DNA from: Azolla caroliniana
Lineage: Eukaryota; Plantae; Polypodiophyta
Assembly: GCA_043228905.1 (NCBI GenBank)
Contig: JBHGNT010000018.1
Span: forward strand, 9,052,001 to 9,116,000
DNA: 64,000 bases
Direction: 5' to 3'
Shown: positions 50,331 to 64,000 of the stretch, piece by piece
Numbering within the stretch: position 1 is the first letter of the stretch
Layout of the letters: each line of letters starts with the position of its first letter
Program-made: the position numbers and the translations under genes
The notes under the pieces: generated by a model
What the model was told of the DNA's origin: nothing
The model's input: the letters and a program-made list of their open reading frames with translations, nothing else
Databases searched by the model: none

Positions 50331-51283
50331 TGTCACGGACAAGTAGACGAGGCTCAATACTAAGAGAGTGAGAGAGAGATCATAGACAAGATAATAAGAA
50401 AGAGAGCGAGAAAGTAGTCAAGAGAACAAGAACTGAATTATGATTCTATAACTAGTGTTGTTCACCTTGACTAAGGCCAAGGGGAACCCCTGTATTTATA
50501 CATGTTTACGGGCTCTAAATGTAGCCCCATGCAAAGACTCATTTTCATGCACAATATTCTAGAATGTTCTAGCTTCTGGAGCTTTTTGGAAGCTTCTAAA
50601 ATCCTACATGTAGTTCTAATAGATAATTTACAATAATCTAGTAAACTAACATGATTATGTATTGGATGTATTGGTTAAAACATATCGATTAAATACAGTA
50701 GGTCAAGAGTTCGAATCATGACAAGACTGTTGTCATGTCCATGGCATTATCCCCTTGCTATGGCCACCTCCAAAGATGCATCCCCGGTTTTTGTGGATAT
50801 TGGTGATGAAATGCATGAACAACATCCGGTGCATTCTCCAAGTGTTGGGCTGGTTCCCAAGTTGCCTCTAAACTTGGATACGCTTTCCATAGTACTAAGT
50901 ATTGAAGTTGTTGTCGATGCCAACGAGAGTCGAGAATCTTGTCCACCTCATACTCCTCACCTGTGGAAAGCTCAATTGAAGGTGGAGGTGGAGAGTGTCT
51001 TCCAGGAATAGTGGATGGATGATAAGGTTCGAGAAGAGAGGCATGAAAGACATTATGAATCCGGAAATGTGGAGGAAGTTCCACTCGGAAAGTGATGGGA
51101 TAGAAACACTCAATGATGCGGAAAGGGCCCAACTTCTTGCAATCCAACTTTCCACAAGGTCGAGTAGTATCGACATAGTGACGTAAGAGCCAAACTTGAT
51201 CACCAATTGCAAAGGCGGGTGTAGTAGAACGATGTTGATCAGCTTGTGCTTTATACCAGTCCCTTTCAAGGATGAGCTCGAGG
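50331..51283 (-). mobile_element. Tcn1-type chromovirus 3' end (chromodomain, PPT, LTR 50331-50746), same family as 19806-21765
   Basis: GEEYEVDKILDSRW..YLVLWKAYP..ATWEP; the LTR is the reverse complement of 21354-21765. Confidence 0.88.
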
Positions 51284-53664
51284 TGTTGGCATAAAAGGCC
51301 GACTCCTTCCACCTTGTATCCATCCGAGTGTGAACTCGACAATAAGTTAGGGCTTAGTATATAAGTGAATACCTAACATTGAAATGGATGACAAAGAAAG
51401 ACGATTGTAATCTCTGAGAGAGAAAAACGCGTTGTGTAGAAATATGAAGCTTTCCATTAAAGCTCGTAATTGTGTAAGTCCATATCTGCCTCCTCTATCT
51501 TCTGTGTATGTTATTTGTTGTTCATAGCCAAATGATCCGAACAAACACTTCCGCATAATTGTCGACACATTCACTCACAAGTGGTATCATTCTGCTATGC
51601 GGCGGCAACAGATAACAGAAGAAGAAACGGAAAGAAAAGACTAGGTCAGAAACATCAAATCCACGGAAAGAATATGGCTTCAACATCCGGAACAAGAGTT
51701 GAAATCAGAAAGTTCAATGACAAAAAGTTTTCCCTGTGGAAAGAGATGATGTAGGATGTGCTAATTATCCGAAGACAGGTCGAAGTCATTTGGCATAACG
51801 AAAAGCCTGTTTCGATGACAACAGAAGAGTGGAGATCAATGGACGAAATAGCATGCTCCACCATCCGAATGCATCTGGCTGAAAACTTCTATTTCAACAT
51901 GGCAAAAGAGACGACAACGTTCTTATTGTGGGAGAAATTACAGGCCGTATATGAGAAGAAGTCCTCATCTTCAAAACTTATCTTGATCAAACAATTGTTC
52001 AACATGAAGATGAAAGAGACCGATTCGGCAACCTCCCACATCAACACTTTCAGCCAGGTGTTGTCAGAGCTCTCTTCCCAAGGGATCAACTTCAAAGAAG
52101 TGAAAGCCCTTGCCCTCCTATCAAGCTTGCCGGTGAGTTGGGAGGTATTATGTATGACATACGCCAATAGCCGACTGATCCTAAATTTGTACGAAACAAC
52201 CGGCCAAGTCCTCACAGAGGACATCAGGCAAAAATCGATGGGACTAACCATCGATGAGTCGGCAGAAACCCATCACTCGACCGAGTCATTCGACCGATAG
52301 AGTCGAACGAAAGAACAAGCCGACAAAACCGGTCTACGATATAACCGATCGAAAACAAGAGGGGACTGACAACGGTCAAAGTCGAAAACAGGCCGAACAA
52401 GTGAGTATTGCACACATTGTAGAAAAACTGGCCACAACATTTCCGATTGCTAGTCAATAAAAGGAAAGGAGAGTAGTCGGCGATCCGAGCGGAATCGGGG
52501 ACGTTCCGACTCGGACCACTCCCTAGTCGGCAACCAGATCAATGTTGCCGACACCCGATCTAGAGAAATCCTCTCTCTAGAGGACTCGATGATCGGAGAA
52601 ATCCTCTAGAGTGCACAAGTGGCACATATGTGGTTACTCAACTCCGGTGCCACATTTTACGTGACCCCTAAGGTCGAATGGTTTTCAAACTATTCAGCCA
52701 AAGCTAGTGGCACAGTCCGACTAGGCAATGCGCAGGACTGCAAGATTGCAGGAACTTGAGAAGTTCCCATTAGATTGGCAAATGGGAACACAATAACCCT
52801 GCACCGAGTTCGGCACAAACCTGATCTAAAGAGGAGTCTGGTCTCCATCGGCATGTTAGCCGAGAACGGGTACATAACGACTCTACACGAGTCGATATGG
52901 GTGATCAGTTGGGGAAACCTAAAAATCGGGAGTGGGTACAAGTACAACAATTTGTACCCATTGATGGCAATTAACCCTGAAGGGGCCGTGAATGTAGCCG
53001 AAAAGACCGACCCAAACTTATGGCATGGCTGACTCGGCCATATGTCTCAAGCCGGAATTTGACCGGCTGATGTCGGTTGGCTACCTCTCGAAACTCCAGG
53101 CAAAGACGGAGTTTTGCGAGCATTGTCGATATGGGAAACAGACCCGAAGTCCACATTCTCTCCACTACGGGACGGTACGACAACCCCTAGAGCTCGTACA
53201 CATAGACATATGTGGGTCCATGCCAAAACAATCACTAGGAGGCTCCCAGTACTTCATCACATTCGTAGATAACTGTACACGGAAAGTTTGGGCATACTCC
53301 ATCAAGTCCAAAGGTGAAACGCTCGAGGTCTTCACTCGATAGATATCTGAACTGGAGAACTGGTCGGGATACAGAGTGAAGACACTCTGATCCGACAACG
53401 GAGGTGAGTACACCTCCAGAGCCTTCAAACAGTACCTGTCCGAAAAAGGGATCCAGCATCAAAAGACCGTTCCTTACACACCCATGCAGAATGGGGTGGC
53501 TGAACGGATCAACCGAACGATCCAGGAGAGGGTGACGGAAATGCTCCAGCAACCTGGACTGAAGCTGGAATTCTGGGTCGAGGCATTGCAGATGGTAGTG
53601 TACATGATAAATCTGGCACCGTCAAGAGAAATTAGGCTCAAAGTGCCACAGGCACTATGGTCTG
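51284..53664 (+). mobile_element. Decayed Tork/Tnt1-like Copia (LTR 51284-51579, PBS 51582, gag-PR-IN), interrupted at 53664, with a short remnant at 59426-59442
   Basis: IRKFNDKKFSLW, WLLNSGATF, VHIDICG, QNGVAERINRTI; TGGTATCA after the LTR. Confidence 0.85.
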
Positions 53665-56600
53665 TGTTGAGAGACAAGCTCAACATCGGCCGGATCGGCT
53701 GAAGAAGTCGAGGACCGGATCGGTTGGGACCGATCGGTTAGGCCGAATGCGTAAACCAGTACGCAGACCGGTACGTAGGTAGGACCGGATCGGTTGGGAC
53801 CGATCGGTTAGGCCGAATGCGTAAACCAGTACGCAGACCGGTACGTAGGTAGGGCCGGATCGGTGCGTAAACCGGGAGGCCGTTAGGAAAGATATTCCGT
53901 GAGGAATATATTTGGGAGTTAGTGTAGGAGCTCTTAATGAGCATTGAAGTACTGTCAGTACTTCTGTCAGTCCTTCTAGGACTTGTATAAAAGTGTTCAT
54001 TGAACACACATATGTATATAGTGTTGAATAAAGTTCTGGTGTTTTTCTCTCTCTCACTCTCTCTGTCTCTCCCGCGTATACTGCGTAAGCTCAAGCTCTC
54101 CATTAAACCTGAGCTTTCTTCCTTCTGTTCGGTCTTCATACTTGCTTCCGCACGCTACTTTTTACCTGGTATCAGAGCGCGAGGGTTGAGAACCTCGCCG
54201 AAACGGACACAGCTTGACGAAGAAGAACAAGAAGAACGATGGATAGAGGCATGGCGAGCTCGCTTCCAACAGAGAAGCTTGACAGAACCAACTACGCGTC
54301 TTGGTCCTACAAGATGCACCAGTACCTGCTCGGGCACGGCTACTGGAGTTATGTCGAAGGAGCTAATGACGCGGCAGCCGAATCGACACACAGAGACTTC
54401 CCGTTGTGGGAGCAATCGGCGAGCAGGGTATTATACTGCTTTGCGTCGTGTGTGGGCGAACAACTATTGAGCTATGTTCGGGATGCAAAGACGCCGAAGG
54501 GTGCGTGGGAAAATCTGAAGAAGATCTTCTCCGCGAGCACCAGAACCAGGAAGATTCAGCTCTGACATGAGTTGAGCAACCTGCGACAACGCGACTTGTC
54601 GATAGCGGACTATACCTCGAAGATCAAGGATATCTGCGACTCCCTCGCCTCCATAGAGGTGAACATCGAGGAGAGCGAGATGGTCTAGATCTGTCTCGGA
54701 GGTTTGGCGTCGAAGTTTGGAGCGTTCCGAACGGCTGTGTGTACCCAGGAGAATACGTCGTCCTTTTTCGACTTACAGTCAATGCTCCTGGTAGAGGAGA
54801 ACCACGCGGGTGCATCTACAAGCACACACACCGACAACAGAATGTTGTACACGGAGGGAGATAGGCCCCGTGGACGTGGAGGACGAGGTGAGTCGGCGCG
54901 CAATGGAGGCGGTCGACGAGATCAAGGAAGAAGGCACCGAAGTGATGCCGACAGCAACTCCGGACCCTCCGGAAACAGGGCGAGTCGAAGCGATGAGAAA
55001 CGGCAAGGGAAGGCCATCGCGGAGTGCTGGTACTGTGGCAAGAAAGGCCATAGGGAAAGTGAGTGCTGGAAGAAGCGCACCGATTCGGAGAGAACCGGTT
55101 CCGGAAACGGCTCCGGACATACCGACAAGGGAAATCGGTTCCGGAAACTCAATGAAACAGACCACCCCGAGATTGGACGAGGTGTGGTACGTAGACTCCG
55201 GTGCGTCAAACCACATGACGAGCCATAAGGAGTGGTTCTCGTACCTTGAAAAACCGATACAACCTAGAGTAGTCGTAACAGGAGACGACACTCCGCATCC
55301 GATCGTGAATGTCGGAGAAGTTCCCCTTAGCCATGCCGGGCAGAAAGGGAAACTCATGAACGTGTTGCACGTTCCGACAATCACGAAGAACTTGGTCTCG
55401 GTCAGACAGATCATTGACCAAGGGATGCAGGTTCGGTTTACACACCTCGGGTGCTTCATTGAGGAAGAAGGCCGTGTGATTGCGCAACGGTGCAGAGATG
55501 GGAGGATGTTCATCCTCGACTCCATTGACGGCGGCACCGCAATGTTCGCGAAGGGACAAAAATCCGAGTCGGACATCGACTTGTGGCACAAGCGGATAGG
55601 CCACGTGAGCTACCAGCGGCTTCAAGATCTACAATCGAAACAGGTAGTGTTCGGTTTGCCCAAATTTAGTGGTCGAAAGGCACAAATTTGCGAAGCCTAC
55701 TAGCTCGGGAAGCAACACTGACTTCCTTTCCCCAACGAGCGAAACTGGAGCCGAAACAAGCTCAACCTTGTACACTCCGATGTATGGGGGCTGGCACAAA
55801 ATGTTAGTCTTGGCGGGAGCCAATATTTCGTCTCCTTCATCGACGACCACACGCGGCACATGTGGATCTACCTCATTGAGAGGAAGAGCGAAGTCTTCGA
55901 CTGTTTTCGGGACCTCAAAGGGTTCGTGGAAACAGAAACAGGACAAAAGATCAAGTGCTTGCGGTCGGATGGCGGGAAAGAGTACTTTTCCGATCAATTC
56001 AACGGTTATGTACAACAAATGGGAATTCGGCGCGAATTTAGTTGTAGATACACGCCGGAGCAGAACGGCGTGGCTGAGAGGAAGAATCGGTCAGTTGTGG
56101 AAGCGGCACGGGCAATGCTGGAGGAGAAGAGCTTGCCCAAGTTCTACTGGGCCGAGGCGGTAAGGACCGCGGTATACATCTAGAACCGAATCGGAGTCAA
56201 AGTGTCGGCGCACGAGCTATATTTTGGAACGAAGCCGAACTTGCGACACTTGAGGGTGTTCGTTAGCATTGCGTATGTGCATGTACCGAAGGAGAAAAGG
56301 AGGAAGCTAGACGCAAAGGCCGAGAAATGCATCTTGGTCGGTTACTCGGATGAGCAGAAGGGTTATAAGTGCTATAACCCTCGCACCAAACAAGCGCGTG
56401 TTAGCCGCGACGTTTTGTTTGACGAGTCCGCATCCTGGTACCAGTCCTCGACTCCGAACCCCGACTCCAATCCGAGCTTTGACGATGAGGTCAGCGAGGC
56501 CGAGATGCCTCCGAATGAGCCCGAAATCGAGACCCGCGAAGAGAGTCCGATTTCACTCCGTTTAAGTGGACCGATTGGACGACTGAGTCGGTACGACCAG

Positions 56601-59425
56601 TCCAATGAAGAGCCGGCGAGTAGTGGAGACTCGACCGTGCATTCCCCGCGCAGGAAGCCGAGGAGATGGCCTACGCGCAAAGAGAAAAGGAAGAAGAAGG
56701 TGTTGGATTCCGGCTCGGATAGGAACGAGTCAGACTGACGCGAGTCCGACTCAGAGGGCACAGGTGACGGGTCTTTAAAGGTGAAGTCCGCGTCAACCGA
56801 GAAGGCCTTGACATCGGCTAATGTGAGATTACGCCGATCTACCCGCCAGAAGAATCCTGTTTTGCGGTTCGGATACAACAAGTACATGGCGCATCATTAT
56901 GCATACATGACCCGTGTAGCAGAAGTGCGTGAGCCGGAGAGCTACGCAGAAGCGGCTAAAGACGCGAATTGGCGTGCCGCGATGGAGGAAGAGATGCACG
57001 CATTGGCGGAGAACGAGACCTGGGACCTGGTTGACGCACCAAGGGGGGTAAAACTGATCGGGTGTAGGTGGGTGTACAAGGTCAAGTACAACACCGATGG
57101 CTTGGTTAACCAGTACAAGGCTCGGCTAGTGGCAAAGGGCTACCGAAGAAACACGGCATCGACTACGATGAGACGTTTGCGCCGGTCGCTAAAATGACGA
57201 CCGTCCGTGTTTTGCTCGCAGTAGCTGTGGTGAAGGGGTGGCACTTACATCAGGTGGATGTAAAGAATGCGTTCCTGCAAGGTGACCTTGAGGAACAGGT
57301 GTACATGGTACGGCCCCCCGGATTTCACTCCGGAACGAACTCCTCGGCAGTATGCCGACTGAAGAAGTCCCTTTACGGACTAAAGCAAGCCACGCGTGCC
57401 TGGAACGCGAAGATCACACAACAACTGCGTCGGATGGGCTTCGTCACGTCAAAATCGGACTCTTCCCTGTTCATCCAGAAAGGTCGACTCAGACCGCTTA
57501 GTATTTTACTATATGTTGATGACTTGGTCATCACCGGCGCCGACCTAGGTGAAATCGACCGCGTGAAGCTCCAGCTTGCGGCATCGTTCGACATGAAGGA
57601 TTTGGGGGACCTTCATTACTTCCTCGCGATTGAAGTGATCCGTACCCCCGAAGGCATATTGATCAGCCAACGTCATTACGTGCTGAGTATGCTCTTCAAA
57701 TTCGGGATGGCCGACTGTAAGTCCGTCTCGACTCCTCTGGACAGAACTGTCAAGCTTCGTCCCGATACGGGAAAGGTATGCGACCCGACGAGGTTCCGAA
57801 AAATTGTCGGAAGCCTTATATACTTGACCATCACCCAACCCGACCTCAGTTATCCGGTCGGAGTGATCAGTCAGTTCATGGTGCGATCTATTGAGGAGCA
57901 CCTTCAGTGTGTGCAACGCATACTTCGGTATGTCAACGACACTAAGGACCGGGGACTGCTATATCGGACAGGTGCAGCCGCGCAGTTAGTCGGCTACACC
58001 GATGCTGATTGGGCTGGCAACGCCGCCGATCGCCGATCCACGTCCGGATACGCGTTCTCCCTCGGGAGTGCCGTGATCGCGTGGAGCAGTAAGAAGCAGC
58101 TGACAGTTGCACTGTCGAGCACCGAAGTTGAGTACCAAGGAGTGGCTGTCGCGACATGCGAAGCCATATGGTTGAAGCGGCTACTTAAGGACCTGCAGGA
58201 GGAGGTGTCAGATCCGACGACGATCTACTGCGACAACCTCAGTAGCATCCAGCTCGCGAAAAACCCCGTTTTCCACACACGGACCAAGCACATTGAGGTG
58301 CACTACCATTTCGTCCGTGAGCGTGTCCTTTCTGGTGAAGTTGAACTTCAGTACGTTCCGACGGATCGGCTGACTGCCGACATCTTCACCAAGCCTCTTG
58401 GTCTGGACAAGTTGCGGCAATTCTCAGGTACGCTCGGATTGCGTCACCTCAACGTGCCAAACTTGAGGGGGAGAACAATCCCGAACGACCAAGCAAGGCA
58501 GCAGGAAAGGAGCGGAGACCGCGACACCGAGTCGGTTGTCGAGTTCGACTTCGGATCGGCTGAAGAAGCCGAGGTCGGACCCACGGAAAAGTCTAGAAGC
58601 GGACAGAAGGGGAGCAGCCGAAGGAGAGAGCCGAAGCCAACCACGCATGGGGAAGATGACGCCATCGAGGGCGAGAAGACCAAAGACAAGTTGGAGGCAG
58701 CCAACTCGGACGAGAGCGAAAACCGATCGGAGGTAGCCGAGTCGGTTCGGATGTTTGATTAAGATACGCTGAATCAACCGAGGCCCAAGCGGAAGAGAAG
58801 GCAGCAGGAGAAGCGTCAACACCGCAACTGCAGAAGAGCTGATAAGGGCCACATGAGCAGACAAGCCGACCAGAAGGGTCGAAGCGCGCGGAGTCGAACA
58901 GGTCGAGGAGCGCGAGCGAGGCGTGAAGCCAGGAGGAACCGGAGCTGTGAGCCCAAAGATCCCGAAGAGCCTCAAGTTGAGCTTGAGGGGGAGTGTTGCG
59001 AGACAAGCTCAACATCGGCCGGATCGGCTAAAGAAGCCGAGAACCGGATCGGTTGGGACCGATCGGTTAGGCCGAATGCGTAAACTGGTACGCAGACCGG
59101 TACGTAGGTAGGGCCGGATCGGTGCGTAAACCGGGAGGCCGTTAGGAAAGATATTCCGTGAGGAATATATTTGGGAGTTAGTGTAGGAGCTCTTAATGAG
59201 CATTGAAGTACTGTCAGTACTTCTGTCAGTCCTTCTAGGACTTGTATAAAAGTGTTCATTGAACACACATATGTATATAGTGTTGAATAAAGTTCTGGTG
59301 TTTTTCTCTCTCTCACTCTCTCTGTCTCTCCCTCGTATACTGCGTAAGCTCAAGCTCTCCATTAAACCTGAGCTTTCTTCCTTCTGTTCGGTCTTCATAC
59401 TTGCTTCCACACGCTACTTTTTACA
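53665..59425 (+). mobile_element. Full-length Ty1/Copia element with disrupted gag-pol
   Basis: TSD GTCTG at 53660-53664 and 59426-59430; LTRs 53665-54166 and 58994-59425; PBS TGGTATCAGAGC at 54167; PPT GAGGGGGAG; CWYCGKKGHRESEC, WYVDSGASNH, LRSDGGKEY, YKARLVAKG, YVDD, YTDADWAG. Confidence 0.95.
54251..58762 (+). pseudogene. Copia gag-pol with several stops and frameshifts
   Basis: ORF pieces 54239..54565, 54704..55228, 54810..55703, 55860..56183, 56202..56738, 56781..57197 and 57194..58762. Confidence 0.9.
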
Positions 59426-59442
59426 GTCTGGCAAATATTACC

Positions 59443-62400
59443 TGTTCCCTTGGGTGAACACCTTCGATAGATCTGCGTCTATCAGTCTTCAAGGGCGTGG
59501 TACGTGAAGGCTCGTACAAAGGCGTCGAGAGAGATACAGGGCTTAGAGAGAAAACACTAGCGAGGTTTTGATAGACGTGGCGGCGTGAAACTCATAAGTA
59601 TAGATCGAAACACAGACTCATGCAGCAAAATAGGCGCAATTAAGATATATTACTGTGGCAGAAAAGGATTACAGAACACGGCCTATGGCCGGTAACCTTA
59701 CAAGTTTATCTAATTCGAATGACTAAGCTAGTGCTTCCGCCTATAATTTTCTTCTCCTCTTTCTCTGAGGTACTGCTTCTCGTTTAAATAACTTTTCCCC
59801 TAACACACAACCGAGCCATCGATGGCCCGTGATACTCGGACTCGGCGTTTGCTAATTTCCTAATTTTACATTTCTGTCCTCTGGACAACAGCTGGCACGC
59901 CCGTGGGACAGGACCTTGTCTGTCAGACTCACGACTTGCAAAATACTACAATATTACAAAAATTGCCTTTTAGGCGTGATCCTCGTTTCATTCCTCCTTT
60001 AAGATGTCGAGGATGCTTTCGGGGTCTGGGGTGGTGGCAGGGTGGTCTGGTTGGACTATCAGTGCGGGGGGTTCAGTTTGGTCCGGGGGTGGCATATCTT
60101 CTCGGGCGGCCGCCTCGGGTGCAACCGATTCTTCTGGTGGGGGTATGGGTTCGTGGGCGCTGACCTCTCCTTCGACAGGCTCTGGTACCGTGTGGGCGTC
60201 CAAGGGATGTCTGTTGGCCGGGGCAAGTTCCTCCTGTGCTGTGTCCGTGATCTCCTCGCTGGGAGGTTCTTCTTTGTGCTCTATGGCCATTGGAGGGCTA
60301 GTGGGGATGGTTGCGAGTCGTTCTCGTTCGAAGGTTTCTGCTTCCGGGCGAAACAACATCTAACCGTCATTGAAGTCCTCCATTATTTGCTCGATTGCCG
60401 CGGTGTGAGATTTTGCCAAGGACTGGTAATCCTCGGTTAAATCTGCACGCAGGTTTTGAATGCTGGCTTCGTCCATTTTGTAGAAGCCGCGGCCCTCCTT
60501 CCATCGGTTCTCGGCGTCGGCGCGTAAAATATGCAATTCGGCAGCTTGGGCTGCCCATTCGTCTCCTGCGCGACTTAATGTTTCCTCGACCTTTTTGGTA
60601 AGGTGCTGGCGTTGTTTCTCGAGCAGTATGCGGATGTCTCATCCATGCCGGGCTGTGCTCGGATGGCTGCTAATTCCTGTTTTAAGCCATCGACCTCGGC
60701 TTGAAGCTTCTGTGTCCTTAGCTCATAGTTGGTCTGACTGTTCTTTGCATCCGCGGTTACGAGCTAGAGAGCCTGCTCGTAACGCTTGGTGAGTTCTTCA
60801 ATGGCCTGCTCCCGTTCTTTCTGACACGTGGCCCGGATTTGTTCCCGTTCGACGATTCTCTCTTCTAGTAGGGCGAAGTAGGAATCCGATAAGGTGTCTT
60901 TTGCTCTGAAAGTAGCTTGCATTTGATGAAAAACTCGTCAGCCATCTCCTTAAGGGTCGTACGCTGAATCTGCAGCTCGGCATTCTCCGCGTTCATCCTC
61001 TCCTCCCGTTCACGATTTCTTTCCTCCTGCCGCTGGTTCCAGTCGTGTGCATTGTCGAGCGTGGCCTGTAGGTCTAGAACCTCCGTCTCTTTCTTCACCA
61101 CTGTGGTTGCGTATTCCTCCAGCTTGCTTTTGAGTTCGGCTTCCTTGGCCGCGGCTTGCGCTTGTACCCGGCCCAGTGCTTCGTTCTACTCGTGTATCCG
61201 TTGGTCGGCCTGGGCTCTTATCCCGGCCATCTGCTTGGAAGCTTCTTCTTTTAGGCGAGCCATCGCCTCTTGATGTCATTGCTCGTGTCTCTCGATTCTC
61301 CGTTGTTCTTCTTTAAGCTCTGCACAATAATCCCGGAGTGGGGTTTCTGTCTGGGTTGCCACCTCCTTGGTTGCACGAGGTGCGGGTAGTTCGGTTTGCT
61401 CCACGGCCGTGGCCGCCTCGGTTGTTGTGCAGGCATCGACCATTTGTAACGAGTCCGTTTGTGTACTGGCCTGCACCTTCAGGATGGAGTCAGTGATGGT
61501 GCTTTCATCCATCATTGTTATGCGTGGAGGCGTTGGGAGGGCCTTGGTGGTCGTTACCGGAAGGCTCGGGACTTGTTGTTCTGGCCGGTTTTGCTCCCAG
61601 GCTTTTGGTTCACAGCGTGCCATAGTTCTGTAGCCATCTTAGCTTGTTTTTGGGCTACTTTTATCTTTCGCGCCATGTCTTTGGTTGCCCGCGTAGTGCG
61701 ATCCAGGTCCCGATATGCCTCGATAAGGGTCGTGTTCAACTCGGGGACCTCCATGAGCAGAGCGGCCTGTTTTGCCTGCTTCTTCCTCCCGATTTTTTGT
61801 AAAGCCCTGTCCTCTTAGGGCTCAATTTCACCTATTAGCGTGCGTTGAATCATTTTTGTTTCGGCGTGCTCTTCCGCCATCCGAGCGGCTGCCGCGACTT
61901 GGGCTCTGGCGAGGAAGTCCACCAGCTCGAATGACGTACCGAGTCGTAGGAGCGCACTAAATTCGTAAGCCTCCACGAGGAGGTCCTTATACCCGAGGAC
62001 TTCATCCTCCGAGATCTGTGTTGTCTGCCCATGCTCGATTGTTCCCTGGTTCAGCGATGCCTCCGTAGGGGTGATAGCCAGGTTGCTCTATCTGACCACT
62101 AAGGCTTGCTCCTGATGTGGCTCCTTCTGTTCTTCCGAGGACTCGCAGTTGGCTGTGGTTCCGGGGCCGGTAGTGTCATTTCCTCCGCCTGCTTCCTTTT
62201 CTAGGGTCGTGGTGGTGCAGCCTGCTGTGTGTTGGGGCGTGGGCTAGGTCCTGGGGACGTTACCGAGGGGCGTGACGTTGGCTGTCGAATGGTGACGTCA
62301 TCGGCCGTGTTGTCTGTCGCGGCTACCTCCCCCTCCCATTCTTAGCAGGTCTCGGAAACTACCCTTTTTTGTTGGGGTTGGGCGGGTGGTGGAGCACATG

Positions 62401-64000
62401 CGGTTTTCTGGTCGGCGGCAAGGGGTGAAGGCGATGTGGGCTCCTCCCATGCTTCATGGCTGATGGCCACGAATTTCTCTCTCTGCCTCTGTGGTGGTGG
62501 TGGGGACGTGAGTGCGCGAGGGGAAGGAAGCGAAGAGGGTGGGTATAGCACCATCAAAAAGTGGGTAAGAACAGACAACATCTTCTTACCGGACTGAAAT
62601 GAAGCTAAGGCGGCGCGGAGTCCTTCGCCTGTGATGATTCCCCAATCGATTCTGTTTCCTTCATAAGCGCTGATGATGATGGCTGCCTTGTTCTGCGGCA
62701 TGCTCGTTGGGTTCGTATGCACGAACGCATACTCCATCAAGATACGAGCAATCACCCCGAAAGCTTTGTTGGGCCTGCCATACGTGCGATATGCCTTCCC
62801 TGTGGCTGAGTACTCACCGAAGTACGCCTTCATCTTTGATGCCGGGGGTATGTCGACCTCATGGTCCCCTCCCCGTTGCAGGTCCAAAACAGCCTAAAGC
62901 ACGTTGTTGGTGATGGCTTCAGGACTTATACGTTTCGCCACCGTTTGGGCATCTGGGTGCGCGGGGGCATCGATGATCTTCAGATAACCGCCCATTCCTC
63001 GTTCCTAGAGCCAGGCGCGGGTTTCTGTTGAGGCGGTAAGAGGCATGGTGGAGATGGAGGCTGGGTTCAACTGTGTGGAAGCGTGAAGCAAAGTGATGAG
63101 GCGAGGGCGAGCCATAGGAGGTACAGCAGGAAGGGGAAGTCCAGCAGAGAGGTTATGAGAGCGGAAGAGGGCTTGAGAGCAAGAGCGCTTCGCGTGTTGA
63201 GAGCGAGATGGGGTTTCTGATCTTGAGAGCAATGGAGATGGAGAGCGATAATGGTCTGTGCTGTGTTTTGGAAACGGTTTTGGTAACTTATTCCTAGGGT
63301 TTTGTACCTACAGCGAATCCTGAAGATTCTGAGTCGTGGGGTCCATAATAAGTGACTAGCACCACGTGTCCTGAAGGTGAGTGGGGTGCTTCTAGTGTGC
63401 TTTGCATGTGGTTTGCATGTGTGAACAGCTTAAATAGGTACTAACTGAGTGGTGGCGAGGGGTGCTCCTAAAATTGGGGTGCCTAGGTGGGTGGTGTAGG
63501 TGTAGCTAAACAGTGGCTAAACTATGGTTAATCCTACCTACTACTACTTTTATTAATTTCAAGAAGGTGGGTGAGTCCTTATTCAGGGGGACATGTGGCG
63601 TCCTCCATGGTGATCTCCCGAGTCTCGTTGGTGCTGTGTGGCTTGGTAAACAGGTTGGGTGGTGTAGTCCCTCGATATGGTCTAAGCCGAAACCCATTGG
63701 CCCAGCTTTTGACCATGTCGCCGGCGAGTGTGCCGAGCTGGAACATCCCGTTGAACTCGTCGATAATCCAGAATGGACCGGTCCACCAAAATCTTAATTT
63801 TCCCAGCATTGACCCGAGTCGTGTTTGAAAAAGAAGAACTGGTTTGCCGATGGTGAGCTCCTTCTCCAGCCCATGTCGATGTCGATCCACGAAAGCCTTG
63901 CGTTGTCGTTGGCGTTGTTCGAGCTAGGCCATACTCTCTATCCTATCTTCCCCGAGTTCGAGGAGTTGTTCCAGCCGGTATTGCTCGGATTCGGCCTCGG
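59443..64000 (-). mobile_element. Second non-chromovirus Gypsy of the same lineage as 1-9392 (integrase C-terminus, extra ORF, tRNA-like motif, 3' LTR 59443-59890); continues beyond the window
   Basis: IGKPVLLFQTRLG..GKLRFWWTGPFW matches 5460-5640; extra-ORF homology; minus strand reads GTCCCACGGGCGTGCCA-GC-TGTTGTCC. Confidence 0.85.
59988..63050 (-). pseudogene. Extra 3' ORF, decayed homologue of 5923-8904
   Basis: KAYFGEYSATGKAYRT, MPQNKAAIIISAYEGNRIDW, coiled-coil pieces and C-terminal ESILDILKEE. Confidence 0.7.

Overview
A 64-kb stretch of plant nuclear DNA, probably from a non-seed land plant (inferred from the Tcn1-type chromoviruses and the LINE types present). It is almost entirely a nest of decayed retroelements: non-chromovirus Ty3/Gypsy elements with an extra 3' ORF, self-priming chromodomain Ty3/Gypsy elements, several Ty1/Copia elements, a gag-only LTR element, solo LTRs and two kinds of LINE. 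It holds one intact host gene, a 9-exon, 520-aa Tweety-like membrane protein on the minus strand (29000-32955). Two features stand out. (1) One Gypsy lineage has a tRNA-Arg-like 3'-end sequence (GTCCCACGGGCGTGCCA) where the polypurine tract should be, in four copies with three different LTRs, which suggests tRNA priming of both DNA strands. (2) Three diverged chromovirus LTR families each carry an antisense tRNA-like A-box/B-box cassette with the same 34-nt spacing, next to heat-shock-element arrays; two of the three also show a Tf1-like 11-nt self-primer. All calls were made by eye, and tRNA and family assignments come from memory and need database confirmation.
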